Of a stretch of DNA of 64,000 nucleotides, positions 24,060 to 38,042 are shown one piece after another (within the stretch, counting starts at the first letter, position 1; every line of letters begins with the position of its first letter). A program made the position numbers and the translations under genes. The stretch lies in the NCBI GenBank assembly GCA_047967505.1, contig CM106538.1; one strand, written 5' to 3'. Source of the stretch: Dipteris shenzhenensis (Eukaryota). The notes under the pieces were generated by a model. The model ran no database searches, was not told the origin of the DNA, and saw only the letters and a program-made list of their open reading frames with translations.

Positions 24060-24762
24060 ACTGCAGAGGACGGCATGACAAGCCCATAGAAGAAAGTGTC
24101 CAGTCTTGAAGACGATCCTGTATGCAATGGAGGAACCAGCTGAAAAGGTTGGAGCATGAAAGTAATCTTATGCCAAAGTGGACGATAATGCATTCCAAGG
24201 CCAAATTTGGCAGCGGCCAAAGGAAAAGTAAGGGAAAATCCAGCATCATCATTAACATCCTGAACCAAACGAATCCCCTTGAGACTCAAAAAATACGAAC
24301 GTCGAGGCTCCTACAATGCCAAAGGAAGGGCGAACACTCTAGACCAATGTATACTCCAATCCATTAACAAATGGGAAACCAAAGGACAGCCAGGGATTTT
24401 GCCTGTCACAGAATCAAAAAGAAACTCCCAGTGGGAAAGCTGCCAATGAATTAAAGCTGGAGATTCAACATGCAAGAGTGAATGATGAATCATGGCGGCC
24501 CATGGTTGAGAATCTTGCAAAAACTGCAGCATGAGTTTCCCCTTATGGGCAAGAATGTGCGGATGGATATTGAGAATATTAAGACCTCCATGCATCTTTG
24601 GAGAACAAAGCTGCTGTACCTGAAACAAACACAAGATTTTTTTGCCATGGCAAGAATACTAGAAGATTTCCAAAACCTCAGACATAAAAGAGGCAAGATC
24701 AGCCTTGCTAAACATAATAAGAGGCAAGTAGAATTGAATATACACCATCAAAATAGATATCA
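24060..24762 (-). pseudogene. Inverted fragment of a related LINE ORF2
   Basis: CSPKMHGGLNILNI...GKIPGCP...SIHWSRVFALPLA is paralogous to the + strand CSPRMHGGLNVLNI...GKIPGCP...SIHWSAIFATPLA. Confidence 0.85.
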
Positions 24763-26692
24763 TTGTATGGATTAGCAGCGGGATTGCATATCAACTTTGA
24801 CAAATCCAAATTACTTCCCCTGAAACAATGTGACTGGCATTCTATTCTCTGGCTTGGTCAGATAGTGCATTCCAAAGATGTTGTCAGGCATTTGGGATAT
24901 CCTATAGGATGGCATATCACTAGGAAGCAGCAGCTAAAATGGATCTTCCAAAGACTTCAAACAACATAAATTGGAATATTGGAAAATTTCTACTTGGCCA
25001 CTTCATGTCAGGCTCAGAATAGTCCAGTCTATTGTAATGTCTTATGTTCAGTTCTTCTTGCCTTTACTACATTGGTCCTCTAGAGATATCTCAGCTTTTA
25101 TGTCTCAAGCTATGGAGCTGTTATGGAAGACAAAAACTGCTGTGAAAGCATTGAGACTGATGAAGATGGAAATGGTGTGCTCCCCTAGGATGCATGGAGG
25201 ACTTAATGTTCTAAATATCAGATATCATGTACTTGCAAGGAAGGCGACTATGCTCCATACTTTTTTCCGTCAAAAACAGCCATGGACTTGTATGATAGCA
25301 TCCATGTGTGTCAACATGAGGACAAATGCTTATGGCCATTGGACTATTGATCATTGGGAGGTTGTCATTGGGAGATTTGTAGGGAAGATTCCTGGATGCC
25401 CTTTCTCTACTGCTCTGATACTGGACTGTAAACAAGTGCTTTCTAAAGTCAAATGGGCTCCTGATAATCATTCGGGGACAAACTCAATGAGGAAAGAAAG
25501 TATTCATTGGAGTGCCATCTTTGCCACTCCACTTGCTTCACAGGAACCGGTTAGGGCATACAATCTCATGAAATTGGGAATCAGATACATCAATGACGTG
25601 GTAGATGATCATGGTCATGTGTTATCTTTTCCTCAGGCCACTGCCACTTATGCATTGGGAATGCATCACAGATTGATATGGAAGAAAATTGCTGATCTCT
25701 GCACCCTTTTCTACCTATTCCCCCTGTGGCTGACACAGATAGGCTTATGGAATGGCAATTGTATCCCTCTGCTACATGCTCTCGTCCTATTCCTCTGCCT
25801 GTTTTGACCTCCATCAAAGTCTACAAGCTTCTTCAGCCTGCCCCTTGGATTCATCAATATGCTAATACTCTATGGCATATCAGGCGGCCCCTTTCATGGT
25901 GGCGGAAAAATCTCCGACTAATATGGAGGTGTAAAATGCCTTTGAAACAAAGACTTTTTCTTTGGAGATGCATGACCGGCACACTGTCAGTGGGAATAAC
26001 ACTTGCCAAACGTCACATTGCTTCACCCACTTGCTTACGGTGTCACGCTCCTTCAGAGACTGTCCCTCATTTGCTTTGGCATTGCCAGTCTACTCGGAAC
26101 CTCCTGGGGAAAATTTCGGATCATCTTCGCCTCCGTTTCCCGAGTCACATATATTTGGAAAACACTTTTGGTTATTTGGCAGATTTAGGATGCCTTTATC
26201 TCAATACTCACTCTTTTTCTCATGGGTGAGATATTGGGCTCTTTGGACAATTTGGGAAGAGCATAACCTGGCATACTTGGGCCGTCAGTTTCAAAAGTCA
26301 TATGAATCTTTTAGAGCCTCATCGCGGCAATCTTTATATGATGCCTGCCATGAGGGTGATATACATGCATCTTGCATTGAGCTTTTCTTTTTATGTTTCT
26401 GATCTGTAGAATACTCTCCATCTTGGAGACTTTCCCTCTTGTAAAGTTATGACAATATAAATACACTGCACTGGATTTTACTTTAAAAAAAAAAGAATAT
26501 GTGTCATAGTGGGAACTGATGATGTAGTGCTTGTTATATATCATGGGGTTCATAATTGGTGACCGTGTGGATGACTTATCGTGAAATTATAACTGCACTA
26601 TTTGTTTTTCTTCTATATGGGATAGGTCTGGTTATGGTTGTAGATTTGTCGGGATATACATATTTTGTCTGACAGGTTGAATGCCTTTATAG

Positions 26693-28908
26693 GATTGCAA
26701 AGCGACCACACTGTCCATCTAGTGCGGGCAGCTCCTGCATCTGCTACACCTGCAGTTTCTGCTGCCAGTGGACTTTCCACGAATACTCCAGTGGCACCTT
26801 CTGCAGGTAGTACCGGAGGTTCTTCTGGAATGAATGGAATTGGGTCTTTTGCTTTTCCTGGATTTGGTGGCAGTGAAGGTGGTTTAGGCACAGGTCTTCC
26901 AGAATTCCAACAGGCTCAGCAGCAACTGATGCAGAATCCAAATCTGATGCATGAAATGCTGAACATGCCAGCAGTGCAAAGTCTTATGAACAACCCTGAT
27001 CTTATGCGGAATTTAATTATGAGCAACCCACAGATGAGGGACATCCTTGACAGAAATCCAGACTTGGCCCACATTTTGAATGATCCAGGTACGCTGCGTC
27101 AAACACTCGATGCAGCCAGAAATCCTGAGCTCATGCGAGAGATGATGAGAAACACAGATCGTGCTATGAGCAATATTGAAGCATCTCCAGAAGGCTTTAA
27201 CATGCTCAGGCGCATGTATGAGACAGTGGAAGAGCCGTTTCTCAATGCAGCTACAGTTGGACCTGATGGTGGAAATGACTCGGCATCAAATCCATTTGCA
27301 GCATTACTGGGAGCACAGGGGCTTGGACAAGCACAAGCTCGGAATCCTACTGCTGGAGCAGCAACCACCATTGCAGGGTCTGGGGCTGTAGCACCAAACA
27401 CAGTCCCGCTTCCAAATCCCTGGAACCCTAATCGTAAGTTGTCAATATCCAAATATTATCAGCAATTCAGAAAGACCATATTTTTCCTATGGGTCACATA
27501 TATATAGTCATCCTTATTTTTGGCAGAAAATGCTACCAATGCTGGGACTGGCAGTGCAGTCGGGCAGACAGCTGCAGGTGCTCAAACCACTATGGGTCTA
27601 GGTTTGCCAGATTTTGGACCACTGGGTGGAATGGGGCTCATGGATCCATCATCAATGCAGCAAATGCTGCAGAATCCAGCAATCTTACAGATGATGCAGA
27701 GTCTCCTCTCTAATCCCCAGTACATCAATCAGGTGGTTTTCTGGGCTTTTCATGTTAAGTGGGATCGTGATAAGATGGGAGCAAATGAAGTGCTTTCAAG
27801 TAATGTTCTGCTTACTCCTTGCTCTCCTTGGTTCAGATACTGGGTATGCAGCCACATTTGCGCTCTATGCTGGATGCAAACCCACAATTTAGAGAAATGA
27901 TGCAGAACCCAGATTTTCTGAGACAAATTAGTATTCCTGAGAGCTTGCAGGTTCATAGTCAAATACTGGTCTTTTTTTGTGTGGAAATTGGCTTGTGCCA
28001 CAAAATGCTTTTACATTGTCTATTTTTTGCAGCAAATGTTTCCATCACCGCCAGCCACCATGGATCAGCAAATGGGTGAACAGCTGCCAGGCCAGTAAGT
28101 GTACTATTGTCTAATTGAGTTCAAGTTGTAGCAGTCATGTTGGAACCATTTACATGAACCGGAATTCAAATGGCAATGGGGTGACAAATATGGAATGGGG
28201 AATGGGGATGAAAATATACCGGATTACACATATTTGCTTGCTGAAGACCATTATAAGTTTTGACAAATGCACCCAGCTGTCGTGCTTAAGTGTGAAATGG
28301 GGCAGAATGCATGAACAATATCAGAGGGATTGTTCCATGTATGAAATCTGTTTAGATTTTACTGGTTTACAGGGCATCTGTGATTGTGTGTCAATTGTTT
28401 TGGGTGTGGACATTAATTTGCATGCCTTTTGAAATTGGGTTCTACATGCTTAAACCTGTTAATTTTCATGGCGTTTCAGAATGCCTGGAGTTAATGGAGC
28501 TAGTGCTGGGGCTAGGCCGATTGACGTCGATTCTTTGCTCAGTTTATTTGGAGCTCTTGGTGGTTTATCCACCAACATTCCACAAGGTTGGAACGTGGCT
28601 GTGGCATTCCTATCCCCTAGTCACGCTGCAAGTGCACAGATTTTTACTTACTGGGACATTTCCTTATTGAAAATTGAATATTCTCCAAGGGGATTTTGGT
28701 GTGGTTAGTTTCACCCTTACTTTTTCCTCACTTGGTATTGTTTGCAGTTCACACCATTCCACCAGAGCAGCTTTATGCCTCCCAGTTGTCACAGCTGCAA
28801 GATATGGGATTTGTTGATACTCAAGCTAATATACAGGCTTTGAATGCAACTGGAGGGAATGTTCATGCTGCTGTGGAGCGTTTGCTTGGAGATCCTATGG
28901 ACATGTGA
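26693..28908 (+). CDS. DSK2: Ubiquilin/DSK2 ubiquitin receptor (end of UBL, STI1 repeats, UBA); exons 26693-27433, 27527-27732, 27837-27950, 28033-28094, 28480-28586, 28748-28908; 5' exon not seen
   Basis: [12 protein letters not shown] (UBL end), [34 protein letters not shown] (STI1), [18 protein letters not shown]...[11 protein letters not shown] (UBA). All introns are GT-AG with compatible phases. Confidence 0.93.
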
Positions 28909-29805
28909 CACATTTTTAGTGATTTTGATTGGTATGGATCATAATTCATTTCTACAGTATTTCAGCCAGATGGAAGGAGAAGAAACAGGTGCTGGCATCA
29001 CTTTCTTGCGGCGTCTGCCCAGACACCACTAAAGTTTTGGCAAGTTATTTAGCTCTCAGGTCCTTGCCGGCAAGGAGAGGACAAGCCTGCTGCATAGCAT
29101 CTCTTAATGCAACATGTGGACTCCTTTGACGCACCTCTGATGTATGGTTGGTAGACCAAACAACTTGTCAGGGCTGGGCCTACTTTTTATAAGCTTCACC
29201 GAAGCCGAAGCATTTAAACAGAATATTTTTTGTTTGGCAAGATCAGATCCTGAAGATCATTTGTAATGACAGAAAACAAAATGTTGATGGTTTTGGAATG
29301 ATTTCTTTAAGCTGCACGAACTTCAGTTTGGTCTTTTCCATGTGTTCTAAGGTGTTTTGTAAGTGAGCATGGTGATACATTCATTCCATTAATTCATTCT
29401 AGTCTGGTCTCTTTAAGCAGCTCCCTCAACTTCAACAAAAGAAATTTGAAAGCACTGCACCATGCGGCAGTGAATAACTGATTGGTTTTGCGGGAGGTTG
29501 TGTTTCCATCTTACATGTGCCATTGTATGAACGCAAGCGTGAGCCGTCTAGAGCTCTACAATGCTTAGATGAGAGTTAACAACTATTGTGTACATTGGAG
29601 TCTTAAGATTGCTGTGGTGGAAGCTGTGTTGTTGAATGGGGATCGTCAAGATATTTTGAATGCTGAAAGAATTCTTGGTGGGGGAGGTTAAACATGAGGA
29701 TAAGTTTTGGTGGGAGAGGTTAAACATGAGAGGATAATTTTTGAGATGTTTTGAGTATACCGAAGCTTAACGGGCCGGAGGGACTATTAGTGACATGAGA
29801 GGAGC

Positions 29806-30119
29806 TTTCATCTCTAGAGGATTTAAGTATGTGAAGGTGGGACTCCTCTCAATTGAGCACTCTTATCCCCGACTGGATAGAAGGCGTGCTTGTGTTGTCT
29901 CCAGTGTCATTTTTTATGAAGACTTCATATCAAGTTTCCTTCTTAGGGGACAATTTTCTCCAATATTACAAGCATCCCTTGTATCCTTGCTCCCTCCATA
30001 TGAGGTCTCTTCTTCTTAGCTAGATCTCATGACTTGGTGCATACTTCGTGCCCATTGTCACCACTTTGGAGTCCTTTTTAGGCATTTATTTAGAAGCTAT
30101 TTTTTTTGATTGTCCCATC
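29806..30119 (+). repeat. Left arm of ~310-bp inverted repeat
   Basis: Reverse-complement match to 34495-34811. Confidence 0.88.
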
Positions 30120-30139
30120 GTTCCCCTCTAACATGCACA

Positions 30140-30245
30140 CATTTTCTACACTTACACACATTTTTGACACGCACACATTCTACACTTACACACATTTTTG
30201 ACACGCACACACATTTTCTACACTCTTACACACATTTGTACACAC
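30140..30245. repeat. Three ~35-bp CA-rich tandem repeats
   Basis: TTCTACACTTACACACATTTTTGACACGCACACA repeated. Confidence 0.75.
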
Positions 30246-30508
30246 TTTTTTTGTGAGAAGAAATATTTTATTGCTGTGAAATAATTACATTCATAGTTAC
30301 TTCCAAAGTGGAGTAACTACTACTCAACTGAAAATCTCAGTATAAGCTATATATACATCATGATCAATCAAATGAGTTTGTAAGCAATCATAGAACGATT
30401 GCCGCAGAGATCGTTTGAAAAAAACAAAAGATGGAAAAGTAGGATCACCATAGACTCTATGATTTTTGTCCATCGATAGAGTCCACAATGCCCAGTAGCG
30501 AAATAAAT
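30246..30508 (-). mobile_element. 5'-truncated LINE 3' end
   Basis: FRYWALWTL...KRSLRQSFYDC is homologous to the end of ORF2 of the 21730-26494 LINE (VRYWALWTI...SRQSLYDAC). A poly(T) on + lies at its 3' end. Confidence 0.75.
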
Positions 30509-32761
30509 CACACACTCACACTCACACACTCACACATACATACCCCCCCTCCCCCCCCCTAAATACACACACACACAATTTTCCTCTCTTGGAGAATATG
30601 TACCTCTTTGGTATTCGCCTTCCTTCCCCTCCCAATACACACACCACCACCCTTCCCGTCCCCTGCTGCTTCTTTGTAGCTTGTAGCCCCCTTGTATATG
30701 TGTATGTGTATATATATATACATACATACATATATGTGTGTGTGCACGCACACGCACACACACATATATATTTGGCCTTTCACTATCTATATACTTAGTC
30801 TATTCAATTAATATTATATCTTTCTATTTAAACATTATTACCTCTTCTTTTTTCTATGTATTTTTCTTAGCATTATTGTGCTTCGTATGGCTTTATTTAA
30901 GGTCTTTTTAGAGGCTATATTTTGCATTAAGAAACCACACAATTTTTTTAATGGTGAAATTAAGGAACCACACACACACACACACACACAATATTAAAAA
31001 TTTCTTTTTCCCTTTAGATGTTCCCTTGGCATGAGACTTTGGAGGCATAGGTCTTACTTAGCTTTTGCTATACTCAATGTTATTTATCCCCTTGCTCCCT
31101 CAAGTAGCTTTTTTTGATAAATAATTTATATGTTGATGGCTTTTTTTCATTAATTTAATTGTTGAGGATCATTTTAACAACCTACCCCCCCGCTTCCTTT
31201 TGAAGTTAGCTTCACTATTCACCCTACCAACCTGAGCCCCCTTTAGCCTAACCTAGACTCCAATGTGACCGCCTTTTCTTGGTTATTGTTATAACAACGC
31301 CTGCACGGGTCTTTTGGCTTTACTTAAAGGAGGCAAAGGGAAGTGTTTTCCTTTCCTTACGTTTCAAGCTACCCTAAGCTCCTTGGCAAACCTGCTTCAT
31401 GGCAACCTCTCAAGTGTTCTTTCGACACCTTCTCCTGGTAATTGTGCCTCTTACTACCCTTTGGGTCGCTCACCTTTAGCACCTCCTGGTTACTCCTTCC
31501 TCTCGTCTTGATCTCGTGCCTTGCTACTCCTGATAGCCTCCATTCGCGGTTCATGCTCCTTTTCATGCACCTACTCTACTTCACGTGTCTGCTCGCCTCG
31601 ACTTTTCTCTGTCTTGTCTCAGTTGGCAAGACCTTTGAGCTCAGCGCCATGACCGCATGCTGCTTCGCTGCCACCACTCGGCTCAGTGGAGAACTTGGGG
31701 TGTTGACCTTGCACCTCATTACTACACGACTCTGCTTGATCCACGACGGCTTCCCATTCCCTCGTATTCTGCTGCATATCTCGTACTTGGTCACTATGGA
31801 AAGTGCTGATCGTCGCCATTGATTATTGCCATCACCTTGCGATCCTTCTTGTGTTGGCTCTCTTATCTGCTAACTGTCAACGACCCTTTCACTTTTCCCA
31901 TGTCCTCGTGTCTTCACTATGGATCTCCTCTGTCTTGAGCCTTCGTTGTTCTTTGCTACCTCTTACCGTCGGTATAATTTCCTGTTATGACGGCTTACTT
32001 GGTCTCCCTCCTCCGACAATCTCTCTCTCATCCATAGTATGGATGCAATGGCTTGGCAGCTCTACTTACCTTGTTAATCGAAGGCGTGCCTGAGTGAACG
32101 ACCATTTCATAGTACGTGCTTTGTCGGGCCAACAACCTATATTCACCAAACCGTATATATAGGCCAGTCTCTTCATGGGACATGATCACTCCCTTTGGAG
32201 TCTACCTGCCCTTTGTGGTGCTAAACACCCACACCCCGGCATACGACTGTTTCTACACGTCTCTGCTCATGGCGGTGTCCCTTTTTATATCCGGCTCCAT
32301 GGTGATCACTTGAGTTTACGGAGTCTCGACATCGGTCCTCTTGTTCAATGTTCTTCCACTGGTGCTTCACGAGCTGGGCATGATCTTTAGTCCATTATGT
32401 TTGAGGCTCTTCACTCTAGAACCGCTGCCTACTGAACAATTCCCTTCTCCACTACGTCGACCGCCATGCATTTTTCTTACGGCCACATGGCTTTTTTCCA
32501 TGCTACATGTGCTTGTACACTTTTATTTATATGTACGGGGCTTTTGAGCCTTTTATTTATCGTGCCTCTTTTGTAAATTGGTTTCATTTCCTCAATGTCT
32601 TTTAGTGCTTTTTTCCTTGTAAGTTATATATATATATATAATCTCTCACTTATGGCTAGGCCCATTTGCTTAACCTTGTTTTTTTAAAAAAGCATTCATT
32701 TTTTCTTTTACTCTTAAAAGTTGTTTATAGATTGTTTTGCCTCTCTTAAGTTTGTACATAC

Positions 32762-32807
<46 letters not shown>

Positions 32808-34494
32808 GTAACTCACTCATATGTTCTTTCCAAACTTTTTTCCTCATATATATATATAAATATAACAACTCAAGTAGAGCTCAAGTATATGCTCTTTCGA
32901 CTAGATTGTGTTTACATATAAGGATTCATTTAATGATTGATCCGTTAGCTATATAAGAACATTAATTTGCTTTATTCTAAATAATTTTTTATTGTATCTA
33001 GTTTTAAAAAAAACATTTAGTGTAATTCAAAAACTTTTTAAAGTATATTTTTACTTTATGTGTGTTAAGAATTTGGCTTGTTAAAGAGGATGTGAAGTAT
33101 CCCCTCCTTTAAATCATTTAACTTTGTGGCCTTTTTCCAAGTATTAGGAGTGGATTACCCCCCATTTCTAATTTAATAAAAAAAAGGATTGGCTCTTAAT
33201 TCTTGTTCACGGATGTGGATTACCCCCTCCCACACACACACACACACACTCATTTAGTTTCTTATCCTTGGTCATAAACTAACCCCCTCTTTTAAGAATC
33301 TTTTATACATTAGTGGTGGCGGACCACCCACCTGATTGTGTTTATAATGGAATTTGATACGAAACCCAGATGATGAATTCATGCAAGTTTCGTAGGCTGC
33401 TAGGATGTCTACAATCACAGATCTTGCCAAAATGGCTAGTATTTCTCAAAAGATGGAGGATGCACGAAAGGAAATGGAAACAAATGGAAAAGCGCATAGA
33501 ACTAGACCATTTTTTCCTCGTGAAGCAAAATGCAATAAATGATTTATTACTTATGGCATACGATTCTTTTTTTGTATATATTTAGAATATGTCTCTATAG
33601 TTCTAAGTCTCTTTGGCATAAGTGATAACAAGCTGGGGAACACAAGCGTTACTTGTCTTTCCACATGATGTCAAATTTGTTCTAACAATGGTTTTGTATG
33701 GATGGTCATAGGTAAGTGGACCCCAACCTCAGAGCCTCGACTACCTGAGGGAGTAGACACTTTTGCATCAACTTTCATTTCCATAAAATAAAAAAAATTA
33801 TCCACCCTTATTTGAGCTTCATGTGTCGTGTTATTAAAAGTTTTTATTTTTAAACACACACACACACAATCCTTTCGTCCCTTTTGCGTTTACGCAATGA
33901 ATGTTTAACCTTCTTAAAAAATTCTTTTTGATCTTTTTCCTATCCTCTCTTTTACTTCCTCTCTCTACTTGAAACCTCCCCAATTCCCTTTTTTCCCAAA
34001 ATTGTCCCTAATTTTTACCTAATTTTTTTCTAATTCTCTCCTAATTTTTTGTACATGAAGTGGTAATGAATTTTACTTGCCAAACTCCCCTATCCATTAT
34101 CACATGTTAGTGCAAAAATGTTTCAGCATGATCATATTATGTCATCCATGGAACAAGTATAGTTCTTGACATAAATATAGTGTCTCAAATAATTTCATCA
34201 TATTCATGGAGCACATTATATTAGTGTCTTTGGAACAGTTTCAAGATCATATCCACATAAAGATCATATACCTTAGTTTGGAACATTTGTAGCACATGTG
34301 ATTGTGGAAGACTTTTCCTACTGGACCCATGTCATAATCATCTCTGTATCCAAATCATTGTACAACTCAAAGGTATCAATGTTTCACATCAGTTGTACCT
34401 TCTTTGGAACATATATAGCACATGTGAGTGTGCATGTACCAATCACCACACAATGATAACACAAACTCTGTGTATGTGTGTATAAGAGAGGGAG

Positions 34495-34811
34495 GATGGG
34501 ACAATTAAAAAAATTGCCTTCTAAATCAATGCCTAAAAACGACTCCAAAGTGGCTACAATGGGCACGAAGTGTGCACCGAGTCATGAGATCTAGCTAAGA
34601 AGAAGAGACCTTATGAGTAAGGAGGGAGCAAGGATACAAGGGATGCTTTTAATATTTGGGGAAATTGTCCCTTAAGAAGGAAACTTGATATGAAGTCTTC
34701 ATAAAAAATGACAATGGAGACACACAAGCATGCCTTCTCACCGATTGGGGATAAGAGTGCTCGATTGAATGAAGTCCCACCTTCACATACTTGGATCCTC
34801 TAGAGACGAAA
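34495..34811 (-). repeat. Right arm of ~310-bp inverted repeat
   Basis: Reverse-complement match to 29806-30119. Confidence 0.88.
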
Positions 34812-36452
34812 ATATAGCGGAGAATGAAAACAATATGAAGGGTATCCATACACTTGGTAATATTACTCTACCATGATACAATTGCTGATGCTGTGTCTAG
34901 CTTTGAGTGCATGCCATTGATTAATTGACCAAGTCTTGCCTTTGATAACATTGAGCCTCACTCCTCTAAGTAGAAATGCATATTCTCGATGGTTAACCAT
35001 TTTCACTGCCCAAGCATAGTGATTGGCCCCACAGAAAAAGCCTCAAACATAGATGTTTAGACATGGTAGGCACAAATTGTGCCAAATTCTCATGGTTCGT
35101 CGACAAGACCATCATTTACACTCGTTGAGTTTTATTGGCACTGCCACAAGCTGTGGATGATCGGCCTCCTTCATTAGAGACATAATTAGTATAGTGAAAT
35201 TGCTAGTGCTCCTTGAATGATCTAATCCAAATGGTAACGCTTTTGAAAGCCTACAGGTAGGTAGATTTAGAGCTATTTGAATACTCGTGGTGGGGGATAA
35301 TATCTTAGCACATATACGCTTCAATGCTCCCTATCTCAAGCAAACTACAAAAGGGTAAGGCGCTCTTTTGAATACTTGTCATTTTGGCTTCTGATAGAAG
35401 GAGGTTTTGAGCTTAACAGTGGCCAAAATAAAGCTAGAGAGGAGCTTCAGTGTTGACACATGCAAAATAGAGAAGGATGGCCAGTAGAAACTCTGTGAAA
35501 AAAATTACACCATCATGTTGCTATTTAAGGGCATATGGGTGAGCCCATATACTGAAAGCAAAATGACTTCACTAGTTTATAATTTCACCATTAAGGATTG
35601 ATGGGATGCTCATACTATTGGTCATATAACCACATATATGTTGATGCTCATACAAAGCTTTTGGTAGGTCTGGATGACTTCATGGAATGCTGGCTTCTTT
35701 TGGAACATGTCAATAATGGTGACTCAAACATTGAGTTTTCCTAAAACATTGGTGAAACAAACATTATGTGGGTAGAAAAATATGTTATTGGAATGACTTG
35801 ATACATATCATTGAGTACTTATGGATTACATGATGTGACATTGATCGGCCCAATAAGAATAAGGATGCATATATTGAAGATAGTCAGTGATTGGCTTGGG
35901 ATTTCTACCTTGTACTGAAGGCTCAAGACACTGAAAGGAACATGTGGGTAGGTAGCTCAAACACTGAGTAGCCCCATGATGACTCTTATAATAGCATCAA
36001 GGTGTGAAACATTCTTATGGAACATTCAAAGAGTGATGACTCAAACACTGAGTTACCTCATAAAGTACCTATTGCTAAGGATACATATTTGATTTACTTT
36101 GTATTTGCATTTGATATTGTGACATCGATAACAAGTGGAGTTCTCCATTGAAGCCTGCAGTCCCACAATAAAAGATTTTTGTGCTAACATATCTCTTTTG
36201 TGGATGGATGTAGGTGAGTGGGGCTCCTTCGATATCATTTGCTTTGTACAATGCTGGTTAGATTAACTATTCCTTAGCTATCGTAAGTTGACCCATCTGG
36301 TTATACACAAACCTTACTTTGACCAAGTATTTCGTGCCTTGTATAGTGGAAATCATGTACCTTCTTGTAATGAATTTTTAAAGTTTTCTCGAGCTTGTCT
36401 TTTTATGACATGTCCTGAATGGATTGAGATAGATTGCGTTGGTATTGAAATG

Positions 36453-36603
<151 letters not shown>

Positions 36604-36742
36604 GAGAAAGAGATCTACACACTTTTTTTGGGGTGAAAATTTTGATGCTTTATATTACATAGTAGCTTCCCTTGAATGGGGAGCTTAAGAGTACATCAAC
36701 AATAATATTTTTGACTATATGACAAGTATACATTGTAGTCTC

Positions 36743-37110
36743 TGTTGGATAAATTGATGTTTAGGGGACACACTTATGGACATGGTCATGTGGTGTGTGT
36801 GTGCCAGTGTGCTAGTGCCATGGTGTGAGTGCTAGTGAGCACCATGGTAGGTGTGTCAGGTAACTCATCAGTTAGGTGTCACCCATCTAGGTGTGATTGA
36901 AATAAGTTAGGGACTTGGTGGCCAGTCTGATGGAGGACTTGGGGGTGTTACTGATGGAGACAATCAGGGAGATAATCATGGATTTGGAGCCACCTACTCA
37001 GGGGCATTCCACTATATGTAACTCTACTCATGAATGAAATCATACGTGCTATTGGTCTCATTTGCTCACTTGCTCTTGCTCATGCTCCATTTATAACATG
37101 GTATCAGAGC
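36743..37110 (+). mobile_element. Putative LTR (36743-37098) plus tRNA-iMet PBS
   Basis: TGTTGG...ATAACA immediately followed by TGGTATCAGAGC. No partner LTR was found in the window. Confidence 0.6.
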
Positions 37111-38042
37111 TTGGTTGACTGAGGCTTGACTTTGCTGCCACGTGGTCATGCCTACCAAGCTCCATTCTTGCTTCCATGGTGTCTTTCCCTTTACCCATGA
37201 TTTTGCAAGAGCCAATTCTCCACATCCAACCGATGGATTGAAACATCCTCCTAGTTGAAGCTTCCTCATGTTTGGGCAACCTCACTAACTGAAGGGATCT
37301 CCCCAAATTGTCATCGATTTTGTGTGCCGCCTCCTCTTCTTCATGGAGGAATTTCTGCAATGCTGGCTGCATACCTAAACCATTCTCAAATTCCTCTTAT
37401 AGGAGGCTGGGCAACCCCAAGGGCTACCACCTGATGGAATTTTGTCTCTATTGATAAAGTAGTCGGGCCACACTCATTGATTTTATAGTCGAGATTCGCT
37501 GTGTAATTTGACACAACTATGCGGACCACATCCTGGAAGTTGTTCCAACACTGTGAGAGGAAAGAGGATGAAAAGAGTCCGATGAATTCTAGTATGCACC
37601 TCTTCCCAAAATGGAATTTTCTTAGAACTGGATGCACATCCTACCCAACATTGATGTTCTAGAGAGAATAGGGTTCTAAATCACAACCCCTGAGCTCGAG
37701 AGAATGACCCTGGTGGTTGCCCTTAAAATGTTTAACATGTTCAAACCCTGTGAGGTGAGAAAAGGGATAGTAAGGGTCAAATCAGACCTCCACTGGCTAG
37801 CATACGTTGGCGCCATGACTGCTCACCATGAGTTCTCTTCCAGTTGGGGAGCCAGGGTGAGCAAGGTAACCTACCCAATTGGCTCTATAAGTGCAATGAA
37901 AGAGCCGGGCCCTTCATTTCCAAAACTCCCTTTATCCAAAATCTCAGCTAAGGCCAAAAGGACCACTTCTCCTGCAGAAATAGAGGAGGAAGTTGAAGAG
38001 AAGGAAGGCCTACGATAGGTACCAACCCACTACAAGGCCTAC

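Larger units (their letters stand above)
23180..26402 (+). pseudogene. LINE ORF2 remnant: AP endonuclease, RT tail, zf-RVT
   Basis: TYNVQSL, DIVCLQEH, FICGDFN, ARLDRWY (endonuclease). GLHINFDKS and RHLGYPI (RT end). CLRC...ETVPHLLWHC (zf-RVT). The RT catalytic core is absent. Confidence 0.88.
21730..26494 (+). mobile_element. L1-clade LINE, 5'-complete, internally rearranged
   Basis: 17-bp TSD GAATATGTGTCATAGTG (21713-21729, 26495-26511), poly(A) 26485-26494, ORF1 and ORF2 remnants. Confidence 0.93.

Noticed and set aside
31300-32640. Leu-rich ORFs, possibly an old LINE 3' region
   Set aside because: No convincing motifs; too degraded to support a call.
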